This document shows positions 26,704-36,835 of a DNA stretch of 59,952 nt, piece by piece. The DNA is taken from the NCBI GenBank assembly GCA_028291455.1, contig JAQGHY010000180.1, positions 1 to 59,952 of the forward strand, read 5' to 3'. A program made the translations under genes and the position numbers. Under the pieces are notes generated by a model. The model was not told the origin of the DNA, searched no databases, and saw nothing but the letters and a program-made list of their open reading frames with translations. Each line of letters starts with the position of its first letter. Position 1 is the first letter of the stretch. This DNA is from Rubritepida sp. Lineage in GTDB: Bacteria > Pseudomonadota > Alphaproteobacteria > Acetobacterales > Acetobacteraceae.

Positions 26704-26736
26704 GGTCCGCAACAGGTCCGCAGCAGAGAGGTCCGC
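26704..26736. promoter_or_regulatory. Putative integrase arm-type sites, right end
   Basis: GGTCCGC at 26704, 26715, 26730, each preceded by A. Confidence 0.7.
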
Positions 26737-26776
26737 GAAATATGCGGGTAAAATATCTGGTAACCCTTGGAAAATG

Positions 26777-26853
26777 TGGCGTCCCCGGCGGGATTCGAAC
26801 CCACGGCCCCCAGATTAGGAATCTGGTGCTCTATCCGGCTGAGCTACGGAGAC
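26777..26853 (-). tRNA. tRNA-Arg (anticodon CCT)
   Basis: 77 nt cloverleaf GTCTCCG...CCAGA-TTCCTAA-TCTGG...GTTCGAATC...CGGGGAC-G-CCA. Confidence 0.97.
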
Positions 26854-26931
26854 TCACCCAGCGCACATAACACACCCCCCATGCCCGGCGAAGTCTGGTC
26901 TTGTTCGCGTTTTGCCCCCAAATAGGCAGCG

Positions 26932-29709
26932 ATGGTCCAGATTCGCCCGCGCCTGCTGCTGCCCGAGGCTCCGGCACTGGTTGCTTCCCATGGCCGCGCC
27001 ACGCTGCTCACGCCCGATGGCGAGGTGCTGACCCTCACTGGCGCCCGCATCGCCGAGGCGCTGGACGAATACCCCGCGCCCATGCTCGTCCACGCCCCCG
27101 CCACCGCGCGCCGTCTGGACCTGCCGCGCTTCATAGATGCGTTGGACCTGCTGGAGCTCTTTGCCTTCGCCATGCCGGCCCGCAACACGCCGCCGACCCC
27201 GCGCGGCCTGGCCCTGGTGCTCGACCTCCCGCCGCCCGAGGATGACGAGGCCGCCGCCGCCCTCCTGCCCGAGATCGCCTCCCGCCTGCTGCGCGCACTG
27301 GCAGACGAGGCAAAGGCTTCCTCGGGGCGCGAGGCCGCCGGCATGGCCGCGCAGCTCGCCGGTGCCGCCGGCTGGCCCTGGGTGCCCAGCGTTCTCGCCG
27401 CCCTCGGCTTGCCCGATGCCCAGCCCTCGCGCGACGCCTTCAAGACCTGGCGCCGCCTGCCGGAATGGGAGGAGACCCCGCCGCCGCCGCCGCCCGCGAG
27501 CTTCGCCGTCAGCGGCGCCGATGCCCGCAAGCGGCTCGCGGAAATGCTGGGCGCGGGCGCCGAGCAGCGGCCCCAGCAGGCCGATTTCGCCTCCGCCGCC
27601 GCCAATGCCTTCGCCCCGCGTGAGGCCGAGGGTGCGCCGCACATGGTCCTGGCCGAGGCCGGCACCGGCACCGGCAAGACGCTGGGCTACATCGCCCCCG
27701 CCTCGCTTTGGGCCGAGCGCAACGGCGCGCCGGTCTGGATCAGCACCTATACGCGCAACCTGCAGCGCCAGATCGACCAGGAGCTGATGCAGCTCTTCCC
27801 CGATCCGGAGGAGCGGCGGGCACGCGTCGCCGTCCGCAAGGGGCGTGAGAACTACCTCTGCCTGCTCAACCTGGACGAGGCGCTGGGTCAGTACGGGCTG
27901 CGCAACATGGCGCTGCCGCTGGCGCTGGTCTCGCGCTGGGCCGGCGCGACGCGCGACGGCGATATCACCGGCGGCGATTTCCCGGGCTGGATCGGTGAGC
28001 TCTTCACCCCCGGGACGCTGTTCGGCCTGGCCGACCGTCGCGGCGAATGCATCCGCTCGGCCTGCCAGCACTACAAGAAGTGCTTCGTGGAGCACTCCAT
28101 CCGCCGCGCCCGCACCGCCCGCCTTGTCGTCGCAAACCACGCGCTGGTGATGGTCCAGGCGGCACTCGGCGGCGGCGAGGACGGCAAGCCCACGCGCTAC
28201 GTTTTCGACGAGGGCCATCACCTCTTCGACGCGGCGGACAGCGCCTTCTCCGCCGCGCTTTCCGGCGTCGAAGCGGCGGAGCTGCGCCGCTGGCTGCTGG
28301 GCGCCGAGGGCGGCCGCAGCCGTGCCAAGGGCCTGCGCGCCCGCATCCAGGAACTCGCCGGCGATATCCCGGAGCTGCTGGAACCGATGGAGGCCGCGCT
28401 GCACGCCGCGCGCTGCCTGCCGAGCGGCGGCTGGTATGCGCGGCTTTCCGAAGGCGGCGGCTCGCCGGACAACACGGTCACAGAGAACTTCCTCCGCGCG
28501 GCCCGCACGCAAATCCTGGCGCGCGTGCCCGAGGATGACGGCATCTACACGCTGGAGGTGGACCTCCACCCCGTCAGCGAGTCCGTGGCCGAAACCGGCG
28601 CCGCCCTCGCCGAGGCGTTGCGCGCGCTGGAGCAGCCGCTGACCGCACTCCGCGACCGCCTCGCCGAAAAGCTGGCGACGCCCGAGGGCGAGGACGAGCC
28701 GGAGGTCGGCGAGCGCATCCGCCTCGAGACCGCCATGCGCGGCATCGAGCGTCGCGCGCTGATGCCGCTCGCGGCCTGGCGCGCCATGCTGGGCCAGCTC
28801 GACATGCCGCAGCGTGAGCCCGGCACGCGCCCCGTCATGGTGGACTGGCTCCAGCTCGACCGGCGCGAGGGCCGCGACGTGGATGCCGGCCTGCACCGCC
28901 ACTGGCTCGACCCGACGATCCCCTTCGCGCAGACTGTCGCCGCGCCAGCGCATGGCTTGCTCATCACCTCGGCCACGCTGACCGACGCCGCCAAGCGCGA
29001 CGATCCCGAGGCCGCTTGGCGTGAGGCCGAGGCGCGCAGCGGCGCCGCGCACCTCCCCCTGCCCGCGATCCGCGCCGCCCTGCCCTCGCCGTTCGACTAC
29101 GCCGCCAATACGCGTACCTTCATCGTGACCGATGTGGACGCGCGGAACTCCGGCCCGATCGCCAGCGCCATGCAGCAGCTGTTCCTCGCTTCCGGCGGCG
29201 GCGCGCTCGGCCTTTTCACGGCGATCCGGCGCCTGCGCGAGGTCGCCTCGCGCATCGCTCCCGCGCTGGAGGCACGCGGTATCCCGCTCTATTCCCAGCA
29301 TGTGGATGCGATGGACAACGCCACCCTCGTCGACATCTTCCGCGCCGAGGAGAACTCCTGCCTGCTCGGCACCGATGCGATGCGCGACGGCGTGGACGTG
29401 CCCGGCCGCGCGCTGCGCCTGCTGGTCTTCGACCGCGTGCCCTGGCCGCGCCGCACCATCTTGCAGCGCGAGCGCCGGCTCTACCTCTCCGAGGGCGATC
29501 CGCAGGGCTATGACGACACCCATGCCCGCCACAAGCTGCGCCAGGCTTTCGGCCGGCTGATCCGGCGCGCGGACGACAAGGGCATTTTCGTCCTGCTCGA
29601 CCGCGCCTGCCCCTCCCGCGTGCTCGCCGGATTGCCGGAAGGCGTGAACCCGGAGCGCGTGACGCTCGCGCAGGCCGTGGCTGGAACGCGCGAGCTATTG
29701 GGGCAGTAA
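26932..29709 (+). CDS. dinG: DinG-family ATP-dependent DNA helicase
   Basis: EAGTGTGKT, KGRENYLC, Cys cluster CIRSACQHYKKC, VANHAL, DEGH, TSATL, GVDVPG, QAFGRLIR. Confidence 0.92.
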   Translation: MVQIRPRLLLPEAPALVASHGRATLLTPDGEVLTLTGARIAEALDEYPAPMLVHAPATARRLDLPRFIDALDLLELFAFAMPARNTPPTPRGLALVLDLPPPEDDEAAAALLPEIASRLLRALADEAKASSGREAAGMAAQLAGAAGWPWVPSVLAALGLPDAQPSRDAFKTWRRLPEWEETPPPPPPASFAVSGADARKRLAEMLGAGAEQRPQQADFASAAANAFAPREAEGAPHMVLAEAGTGTGKTLGYIAPASLWAERNGAPVWISTYTRNLQRQIDQELMQLFPDPEERRARVAVRKGRENYLCLLNLDEALGQYGLRNMALPLALVSRWAGATRDGDITGGDFPGWIGELFTPGTLFGLADRRGECIRSACQHYKKCFVEHSIRRARTARLVVANHALVMVQAALGGGEDGKPTRYVFDEGHHLFDAADSAFSAALSGVEAAELRRWLLGAEGGRSRAKGLRARIQELAGDIPELLEPMEAALHAARCLPSGGWYARLSEGGGSPDNTVTENFLRAARTQILARVPEDDGIYTLEVDLHPVSESVAETGAALAEALRALEQPLTALRDRLAEKLATPEGEDEPEVGERIRLETAMRGIERRALMPLAAWRAMLGQLDMPQREPGTRPVMVDWLQLDRREGRDVDAGLHRHWLDPTIPFAQTVAAPAHGLLITSATLTDAAKRDDPEAAWREAEARSGAAHLPLPAIRAALPSPFDYAANTRTFIVTDVDARNSGPIASAMQQLFLASGGGALGLFTAIRRLREVASRIAPALEARGIPLYSQHVDAMDNATLVDIFRAEENSCLLGTDAMRDGVDVPGRALRLLVFDRVPWPRRTILQRERRLYLSEGDPQGYDDTHARHKLRQAFGRLIRRADDKGIFVLLDRACPSRVLAGLPEGVNPERVTLAQAVAGTRELLGQ

Positions 29710-29734
29710 GGCCGCGGGGGTTCGCCCCGCGGCC
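29710..29734. terminator. Hairpin between convergent genes
   Basis: GGCCGCGGGG-GTTCG-CCCCGCGGCC; no U-tract. Confidence 0.55.
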
Positions 29735-29739
29735 GTGGC

Positions 29740-30561
29740 TCAGCCCTTCAGGAACGCCAGCAAGTCGGCGCTGACCTCGTCCTTCTGCACCGTGCACATC
29801 CCATGCGCGCCGCCCTTGTAGATCTTGAGCGTCGCGTTCGGCACGAGCTTGGAGGAGAGCATCGCCGAAGCGGCGATCGGCACGATCTGGTCGTCGTCGC
29901 CATGGAGGATCAGCGTCGGCACGTCGAACCGCTTCAGATCCTCTGTCAGGTCGGTCTCCGAGAACGCCTTGATGCAGAAATAGCTGGCCGGAAAACCCGC
30001 CATCATGCCCTGCAGCCAGAAGGATTCGCGCACACCCTCCGAGACCTTCGCGCCAGCCCGGTTGTAGCCGTAGAAGGGCGTGGAGAGGTCCTTGAAGAAC
30101 TGCGAACGGTCGGCCAACACACCGGCGCGGATGCCGTCGAAGGCGTCCATCGGCGTGCCGCCGGGATTGGCTTCGGTCTTCAGCATCAGCGGCGGTACGG
30201 CGCCGATGAGGACGGCCTTGGCCACGCGACTAGTGCCATGGCGGCCGATGTAGCGAGCGACCTCGCCGCCGCCCGTGGAATGGCCGACATGAACCGCATC
30301 CTTCAGGTCCAGGGCCGCGGTCAGCTCGGCGAGGTCGTCGGCATAGGTGTCCATGTCGTTGCCCTGCCAGGGCTGGCTCGAGCGTCCGTGGCCGCGGCGG
30401 TCATGGGCAATGGCGCGGTAGCCCTGCGAGGCGAGGGCGAACATCTGGTCCTCGAAGGCGTCGCCGCTCAGCGGCCAGCCATGGCTGAACACCACGGGCT
30501 GACCCGTTCCCCAGTCGCGGTAATAGATTTCGGTGCCGTCCTTGGTCTCGATCGTGCTCAA
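29740..30561 (-). CDS. cpo: Non-heme chloroperoxidase / arylesterase (alpha/beta hydrolase)
   Basis: [36 protein letters not shown]. Confidence 0.92.
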   Translation of the reverse strand: MSTIETKDGTEIYYRDWGTGQPVVFSHGWPLSGDAFEDQMFALASQGYRAIAHDRRGHGRSSQPWQGNDMDTYADDLAELTAALDLKDAVHVGHSTGGGEVARYIGRHGTSRVAKAVLIGAVPPLMLKTEANPGGTPMDAFDGIRAGVLADRSQFFKDLSTPFYGYNRAGAKVSEGVRESFWLQGMMAGFPASYFCIKAFSETDLTEDLKRFDVPTLILHGDDDQIVPIAASAMLSSKLVPNATLKIYKGGAHGMCTVQKDEVSADLLAFLKG

Positions 30562-30780
30562 TTGAGCGCTCCTTCAGCTTGGGTCGGGGAACCCGTAGCA
30601 CGGGAACGTTACGGCAAAGTGTCGCCTAGCTTGGCGCAGGTTATCAGACGCTCTGTCGCACTCGGGCAAGCCAATGTCGCGCCAGGGCTTGCGCGCGATG
30701 CCGGCGGGCAGGACGCTGCGGATCGAGCGGGCAATCGAACTCGCCGAAAGGGATGCCAGCGACGTTATAAGGATCCGGAC

Positions 30781-31758
30781 ATGCTGCGCCGCGCGTTCAC
30801 CCTGTCGCTTCCCGCCCTCCTTTCAGCCCGCAAGGCCGCAGCCCAAGCACCGGCAGCCTCCTCGTGGCAGCCATCCCGGTCTATCCGCATCATTGTCGGC
30901 TATAGCGTCGCTACCACCAGCGACCTCCTCGCGCGGCTGGTCGGCCAAAAGCTCGGCGAGCGGCTGGGCATTCCCATCGTCATCGAAAATCGCGAGGGCG
31001 GCGGCGGGACCATCGCGGCCGGGCTGGTGCTGCGTGCCCCGCCCGACGGCTACACCCTGCTGATGGGCGCGACGGCGCTGACCATGGGGCCGCGCCTCTT
31101 CCGCGACGTGGCCTTCAAGCCGCTGGAGGATTTCGGGCCCATCGGCCTCATCGGCTTCGCGCCCAATGTGGTGGTGGTGCGGCCCCAATCGCCGATCGGC
31201 TCCATGGCCGACCTGCTTGCCGCCGCTCGCGCCGCTCCCGGCCGCCTCAGCTATGCATCCTCCGGCCCCGGTTCGGGCTCCTGGGTCGGCTTCGAGGAAC
31301 TGAAGGCGAGGGCCGCCATCCAGCTCGAGGAGATCCCCTATAGCTCGACCGCGCAGGCCACCACGGATGCGATGAGCGGCCAGATCGACCTGCATTGCCC
31401 CAGCCTGGCCGGCGCCATGCCGCATATCCGCTCCGGGCGTTTCCGGCCCCTCGGCATCACCAGCGGCCGCCGCAGCGCCAGCGCGCCCGATATCCCTTCC
31501 ATCGCCGAGACTTTGCCGGGCTACGATGCCTCCGCCTGGTACGGGTTGGTCGCCCCAGCCGGCCTGCCGGAGCCCGTGGTGGCCCGGCTGAACACGGAGC
31601 TCCAGACACTTCTCCGCGAACCCGCCATGCAGACCCGGTTGCAGGATGTGGGCGTGGACGCGCAACCTGGGTCACTGGCCGATATGCGGCAGGTGATGGT
31701 GGATGCGGTCCGCAGCGGCAACGAGATGATGGACCGCATCAACTACCGGGCACGATGA
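30781..31758 (+). CDS. Bug/TctC receptor
   Basis: MLRR leader, VIENREGGGG.IA, PPDGYTLL, LSYASSG.GS, WYGLVAPAG. Confidence 0.88.
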   Translation: MLRRAFTLSLPALLSARKAAAQAPAASSWQPSRSIRIIVGYSVATTSDLLARLVGQKLGERLGIPIVIENREGGGGTIAAGLVLRAPPDGYTLLMGATALTMGPRLFRDVAFKPLEDFGPIGLIGFAPNVVVVRPQSPIGSMADLLAAARAAPGRLSYASSGPGSGSWVGFEELKARAAIQLEEIPYSSTAQATTDAMSGQIDLHCPSLAGAMPHIRSGRFRPLGITSGRRSASAPDIPSIAETLPGYDASAWYGLVAPAGLPEPVVARLNTELQTLLREPAMQTRLQDVGVDAQPGSLADMRQVMVDAVRSGNEMMDRINYRAR

Positions 31759-31783
31759 GCCGGCTTGGACAGGAGACGTTCAG

Positions 31784-33523
31784 ATGAGTGAAGGTGAAAG
31801 CTACGCCCAGCGGCCCGCCTTGCGCGGCACCAGGCATATGGCCTCGGCCGGGCATTACGGCGCGGCGCATGCCGCCTTCGCCGTCCTCGAAGCCGGCGGC
31901 AACGCGGTGGATGCGGCGGTGGCCGGCGGTATCGCGCTCGGCGTGCTGCAGCCCGATATCGTGAACGTCGCGGGCGTTGCGCCCATCATGATCCGCATGG
32001 CCGATGGCGAGGTCTGGACCATCGCGGGCCTCGGCCACTGGCCCGCCGCGGCCGACCCCGAGCACTTCGTCCGCCAGTACAACGGCGCGATTCCGGAGGG
32101 CATCCTGCGCACCATCGTCCCGGCCGCGCCCGATGCCTGGATCACGGCGCTCAAGCGCTTCGGCACCATGAAGTTCGGCGAGGTGGTGCAGGCCGCCATC
32201 CGCTTCGCCGAGGGCTTCCCCGTCTATCCGCTACTGGCCGACATGATCGGCGTGCGCGCGGAGAAATACGCCCGCTGGCCATCCAGCGCCGAGATCTACC
32301 TGCCCGGCGGCAAGCCGCCAGCGGTGGGCCAGCTCTTCGTGCAGGCCGATCTCGCGCGCTCGCTGCGCTACATGGCCGATGAGGAGGCCTCGGCCCTGGC
32401 GCGTGGCGGCGACCGCATCGCCGGGCTCGAAGCCGCGCGGGCGGCGTTCTACACGGGCGACATCGCCCAGGCGATCCTGAAGTACCACCGGCAGGAAGGC
32501 GGCTGGCTCTCCGCCGAGGACCTGTCGAACTTCCATTCCCCGGTGGAGCGCCCGGTCTCGGTCAAGTTCGCGGGCGTGGACGTCTATACCTGCGGCGTCT
32601 GGTGCCAGGGGCCGGTGCTCCCCCAGGCGCTGAACATCCTCGATCCCGCCGCGCTGTACGCGGCCGGCCACAACAGCCCCGACTACCTGCACAGCGTCAC
32701 CGAGGCGATCAAGCTCGCCTTCGCCGACCGCGAGGCCTTCTACGGCGACCCCAACTTCGTCGACGTGCCGATGGACGCCCTGCTCGACCCCGCCTATGGC
32801 GCCGCGCGCGCCAAGCAGATCGACCCCGCTTGCGCCTGGCCGGAAATGCCTCCGCACGGTGACCCCGCCGGCTTCGCGCGCCCACCGCATGCGCGCGAGG
32901 GCATCCGCATGCTGGACGGCGTACCCTCCGGCCCGCCGCGCGACACCTCCTACATCTCCGTCGTGGACAAGTGGGGCAACACGGTCTCGGCCACGCCGAG
33001 CGACGTTTCGAACGACACGCCGGTGATCCCGGGCACCGGGCTATGCCCTTCCTCGCGCGGTTCGCAGTCCTTCATGGCGGCGGGCCATCCGAGCCGCGTG
33101 GCCGCGGGCAAGCGGCCGCGCCTCACGCCCAATCCGGCCATGGCGGTATCCCCGGGCAAATACGTGCTGCCCTTCGGCACGCCGGGCGGCGACGTGCAGT
33201 CCCAGGCCATGCTCCAGGTGCTGCTGAACATGACGCTCTTCGGGATGGACCCGCAGGATGCCGTCGAGCATCCGCGCGTCGCCAGCTACAGCTATCCGGA
33301 CAGCTTCGAGCCGCACACCTATCTGCCGGGGCGGCTGTGCATCGAGTCCCGCATTGCCAAGGAGACCGGCGACGATCTGGCCGCGCGCGGGCACCAGGTG
33401 TCCTGGTGGCCGGAGCGGATCTGGCGGGCGGGCGCGGTCTGCGCGATCCATGCGGATCTGGAGAGCGGCATCCTCACCGGCGGCGCCGATCCGCGCCGGC
33501 CGAGCTATGCTGTGGGCTGGTAG
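31784..33523 (+). CDS. Gamma-glutamyltransferase family (Ntn hydrolase)
   Basis: GGNAVDAAVA, AFADRE..YGDP, nucleophile DTSYISVVD.WGN, FGTPGGD.Q, GGADPRR. Confidence 0.92.
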   Translation: MSEGESYAQRPALRGTRHMASAGHYGAAHAAFAVLEAGGNAVDAAVAGGIALGVLQPDIVNVAGVAPIMIRMADGEVWTIAGLGHWPAAADPEHFVRQYNGAIPEGILRTIVPAAPDAWITALKRFGTMKFGEVVQAAIRFAEGFPVYPLLADMIGVRAEKYARWPSSAEIYLPGGKPPAVGQLFVQADLARSLRYMADEEASALARGGDRIAGLEAARAAFYTGDIAQAILKYHRQEGGWLSAEDLSNFHSPVERPVSVKFAGVDVYTCGVWCQGPVLPQALNILDPAALYAAGHNSPDYLHSVTEAIKLAFADREAFYGDPNFVDVPMDALLDPAYGAARAKQIDPACAWPEMPPHGDPAGFARPPHAREGIRMLDGVPSGPPRDTSYISVVDKWGNTVSATPSDVSNDTPVIPGTGLCPSSRGSQSFMAAGHPSRVAAGKRPRLTPNPAMAVSPGKYVLPFGTPGGDVQSQAMLQVLLNMTLFGMDPQDAVEHPRVASYSYPDSFEPHTYLPGRLCIESRIAKETGDDLAARGHQVSWWPERIWRAGAVCAIHADLESGILTGGADPRRPSYAVGW

Positions 33524-33524
33524 C

Positions 33525-33872
33525 TTAGAGGAAGTCCAAAACGGTCTCGGAAGGGCGCGCAAGCGTCGTGCCCTTCGGCGTCACCACGATGGGCCGGTTC
33601 ACCAGGATCGGATGCGCCACCATTGCATCGAGAATCCGGTCATCCGTCACGTCCGGCTCCAGCAGGCCGAGCTCGGCGGCGGGCGTGCCCTTGGCGCGCA
33701 GGATGTCGCGCGGCGTGGCCTGCATGGCGGCGAGAAGTTCCGTCAGCTGTGGCTTCGTCCAGCCCGCCTTGAGGTACTCGACCACCTTCGGCTCGTGACC
33801 GGCCGCGCGGATCGCCGCCAGCACGTTGCGCGAGGTTCCGCAGGATGGGTTGTGGAAGATGGTGATGCTCAT
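33525..33872 (-). CDS. arsC: Arsenate reductase (glutaredoxin-type ArsC family)
   Basis: HNPSCGTSR, VEYL, HPILVNRPIV, RPSE. Confidence 0.88.
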   Translation of the reverse strand: MSITIFHNPSCGTSRNVLAAIRAAGHEPKVVEYLKAGWTKPQLTELLAAMQATPRDILRAKGTPAAELGLLEPDVTDDRILDAMVAHPILVNRPIVVTPKGTTLARPSETVLDFL

Positions 33873-34744
33873 GCCGACGAGGTTATCAGCGCCAGCGCCG
33901 CCTGGAAAAGCTGGCTCGATGGATCGGCGAATTCCTCGAAGATGTCGAAGTGGTTCCGGCCGGGCACGATGGTTGCGCCGCTGCCCGGGCGGGCCTGCTC
34001 CATCATCGCGCCAAAGCGGCGTGTCTGCGCCACGAAGTCCTCCGTCTCGCCTTGCCCGGCGACGACCCAGTAGCGCCGGCCGAGGAAACTCTCCTTCCGC
34101 ATGGGGCTGAGCGTGGCGGCTTCCTCGGCGGTGATGCGGGATTCGTGGTTGATGCTGGTCAGCAGCATCGGCGCCAGTTCGAAAATGCCGCTGATGGGCA
34201 GCACGCCGTGGAAGCCGTGCCCGCCGAAGCGGTCTGGTGGCATGGTGCTGAGCAGGGCGGAGAGATGCCCGCCGGCGGAATGGCCGGAGATGGTGACGCG
34301 GCTAGCATCGAAACCGAGCCGCGCCGCATGCGCGTTCAGCCAAGCCACGGCCTGGACGATCTGCTCCACGATTCGCGTCAACGTCACCGCTGGCGCCAGC
34401 TCATAGCCGATGAGCGCGACGGCGACGCCGGCCTCGGCGTAGGGCTCGGCCAGGAAGGAGAAAACCCGCTTCTCGCCGCCTCGCCAGAAGCCGCCATGGA
34501 TGAAGATCAGAAGCGGCGCATTCTTCGCGCCCCGTGCGGGAAACCAGTCGATCGTGCAGCGCTCGGGCTCGGCATAGCGCAGGCATTCCCAGGGACCCGC
34601 ATCGCGGAAATGCTGGCTGCGCGCGGTGTAGCCGGCATAGATCGCCTCGCGCTCGGGATGGCGGGCCTTGAGGTTGTACTGGCCCTCCAGCCAGGCGGCG
34701 ATCTCCGGTAGGCGCGCGATCTCCGCCTCGGTCGGGATCATCAT
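33869..34744 (-). CDS. Alpha/beta hydrolase, arylformamidase-like
   Basis: FIHGGFW, GHSAGGHL, ISGIFEL, NHF. Confidence 0.85.
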   Translation of the reverse strand: MMIPTEAEIARLPEIAAWLEGQYNLKARHPEREAIYAGYTARSQHFRDAGPWECLRYAEPERCTIDWFPARGAKNAPLLIFIHGGFWRGGEKRVFSFLAEPYAEAGVAVALIGYELAPAVTLTRIVEQIVQAVAWLNAHAARLGFDASRVTISGHSAGGHLSALLSTMPPDRFGGHGFHGVLPISGIFELAPMLLTSINHESRITAEEAATLSPMRKESFLGRRYWVVAGQGETEDFVAQTRRFGAMMEQARPGSGATIVPGRNHFDIFEEFADPSSQLFQAALALITSSA

Positions 34745-35709
34745 TCGGCGGTGATGCCGAGGCGCCGGACGACGGCCGACCAGGTCGCGATCTCGGCGGT
34801 GAGGAAGGCGCGGAATTCCTCCGGCGTGCTGCCGACCGGCTCGATGCCGATGTCCAGGATGCGGCGGCGAATCTCCGGCACGGCAAGCGCGCCGACCACG
34901 GCCGCCTGCATCTGGCGGATCATCGGCGCGGGCGTGCGGGCGGGGGCGAAGATGCCGTTCCAGTCGTAGCTTTCGAAGCCGGGGAAGCCGGATTCCGCGA
35001 TGGTCGGCAATTCCGGCAAGCTGGGCGCGCGGCCTCCGCCCGTCGTCGCCAGCGCCTTTAATCGCCCCTCGCGGATGTGCTGGCTGGCCGAGGGGATGAA
35101 CGCGAAATAGACCTGCACATGCCCGGCCATCAGGTCGATCAGCGCCGGGCCGCCGCCGCGATAGGGAACGTGCGTCATCTGCAGCCCCGCCCGCTCCTTG
35201 AAGATTTCCATGGCCAGGTGCTGGGCCGAACCGATGCCAGAGGAGGCGTAGGAGAGGTCGCCCTTCTTCTCGCGCGCATAGGCGATGAACTCGGCGATAT
35301 TGCTCACCGGCAGCGACGGATGGACGGCCAGGGCATTGGCGCCACGGATGACCTGCGTGACGGGCACGAGATCCTCCAGCACCGTGTAGGGCATCTGCCG
35401 GCCGAGCGCGGGATTGACCGAGTGCGTGGCGATATCCAGCAGGAATGTGTACCCGTCCGGCGCCTGCTGCGCGACGTATCCGCCAGCGATGAGGCCCGAG
35501 CCGCCCGGGCGGCTTTCGATCACGACGGTTGCGCCCAGCCGCTCGGTCAGCTGCGGCGCGATCAGCCGCAGCGTCACATCCGCGCCGCCGCCGGGCGCGG
35601 TGCTGAGGACCATGTGGACCGGCCGCGTGAAGAGGGATTGTGCCTGGGCGGTACCCGCCAGGCCGAGGGCGGGGAGCGTCAGCAGGAACTGCTTGCGGGA
35701 CAGGCGCAT
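34741..35709 (-). CDS. Bug/TctC receptor
   Basis: PGGGAD, APDGYT, YASSGIGSAQHL, HVPYRGGGPA. Confidence 0.9.
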   Translation of the reverse strand: MRLSRKQFLLTLPALGLAGTAQAQSLFTRPVHMVLSTAPGGGADVTLRLIAPQLTERLGATVVIESRPGGSGLIAGGYVAQQAPDGYTFLLDIATHSVNPALGRQMPYTVLEDLVPVTQVIRGANALAVHPSLPVSNIAEFIAYAREKKGDLSYASSGIGSAQHLAMEIFKERAGLQMTHVPYRGGGPALIDLMAGHVQVYFAFIPSASQHIREGRLKALATTGGGRAPSLPELPTIAESGFPGFESYDWNGIFAPARTPAPMIRQMQAAVVGALAVPEIRRRILDIGIEPVGSTPEEFRAFLTAEIATWSAVVRRLGITAE

Positions 35710-35852
35710 CGTGAAAATCTCCTCGATTTGCCGTTCGGCCGCTTCCCCTCGGGGATCATGGCACAGGCCGGGAGAAAACACAGGGCGGCGGAGTCAGCCC
35801 AACAACGCTCCCGCAGGGCGCGCCGCCTCCGCGGCGCGCGGATGTTGCAGGA

Positions 35853-36791
35853 TTATCCCGTCACCCAATCACGAAACATTGGCAGGTCGATATTGCCGCC
35901 GCTGAGCACGACCGCGACACGCTTGCCCGCCATGGCCTCCCGCTCCTGCATCAGCGCCGCGAAGCCCGCCGCGCCGGCGCCTTCGGCGAGGTTGTGCGTG
36001 TCGGTCCAATAGGCGCGGATGGCGTCGCGGATTTCGTCATCCGTCACGGTGACGATGCGCGAGGCACCGGCGATGATCATCTCCAGCGCCTTGGGGTCGG
36101 GGATGCGCGTGGCCATGCCGTCTGCCTGGGTAACGGCCGTCGGCGTCTCGATCACATGGCCGGCGGCGTAGCTCTGCGCATAGGCGTCGGCGCCGGTGCT
36201 TTGCACGCCGATGATCTCCGTCTTCAGGCCCAGCAGGTCGCGCGCCATGATGCAGCCGCAGATGCCCGAGCCCAGCCCGATCGGCACGTAGAGCGCGTCC
36301 AGCGGCGGCGCATTGCGGAACAGCTCCAGCGCATAGGTGGCGACGCCCTTCACCAGCGCGGGCGCGAAGGAGGGTGCGAAATCCAGCCCGTGCTCGGCGG
36401 CCATCTGCATGGCGTATTGCCGCGCCACGTCGAAATCGGCGCCGCGCTCGATCAGCTCGGCGCCGAGCGCGCGCATGGAGGCGTTCTTCTCCAGGCTATT
36501 GCCCTCGGGCACCACGATGGTGACGGGAATGCCCCGCTTGGCGCCGGCATAGGCCAGCGACTGGCCGTGATTGCCGCGTGTCGCGCTGATCACGCCCTTG
36601 GACTCGAGCTGATCGAAATAGGTGAGACCGCCGCGCACCTTGAAGGCGCCGGTGGGCGTGTGGTTCTCGTGCTTGACCCAGACCTCGCAGCCGGCACGGG
36701 CGGCAAGGAGGGGCCAGGCGAATTGCGGCGTGGCGGGAAAATACCGGCGGATCAGGGATTCGGCGGCTTCGAGCTCTGGGAGGGTGAACAT
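35853..36791 (-). CDS. Threonine dehydratase family PLP enzyme
   Basis: KHENHTPTGAFKVRG, ATRGNHGQS, PIGLGSG, LSGGNID. Confidence 0.92.
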   Translation of the reverse strand: MFTLPELEAAESLIRRYFPATPQFAWPLLAARAGCEVWVKHENHTPTGAFKVRGGLTYFDQLESKGVISATRGNHGQSLAYAGAKRGIPVTIVVPEGNSLEKNASMRALGAELIERGADFDVARQYAMQMAAEHGLDFAPSFAPALVKGVATYALELFRNAPPLDALYVPIGLGSGICGCIMARDLLGLKTEIIGVQSTGADAYAQSYAAGHVIETPTAVTQADGMATRIPDPKALEMIIAGASRIVTVTDDEIRDAIRAYWTDTHNLAEGAGAAGFAALMQEREAMAGKRVAVVLSGGNIDLPMFRDWVTG

Positions 36792-36835
36792 CGGCGGAGC
36801 CTAGCCAGCGAAACGCCTAGGGGAAAGCATGCCCC

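Larger units (their letters stand above)
8976..26822. mobile_element. 17.8 kb integrated element, PICI-like phage satellite in tRNA-Arg(CCT)
   Basis: Flanking 47 bp repeats 17,800 bp apart; int, AlpA-like HTH, primase, D5 helicase, origin, cos, TerS-like gene; no capsid, portal or TerL recognised. Confidence 0.9.

Noticed and set aside
8976-26822. Complete prophage or ICE
   Set aside because: No recognisable capsid, portal, TerL, tail tube/sheath, lysis, relaxase or T4SS genes
26854-29532. 892 aa minus-strand ORF and similar long overlapping ORFs (44524-47583, 38908-40914, 51839-53551, 58457-59851)
   Set aside because: Antisense shadows of well-supported genes in high-GC DNA, with no motifs
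33525-33872. Arsenic resistance operon
   Set aside because: arsC is solitary; no arsR, arsB/acr3 or arsH nearby
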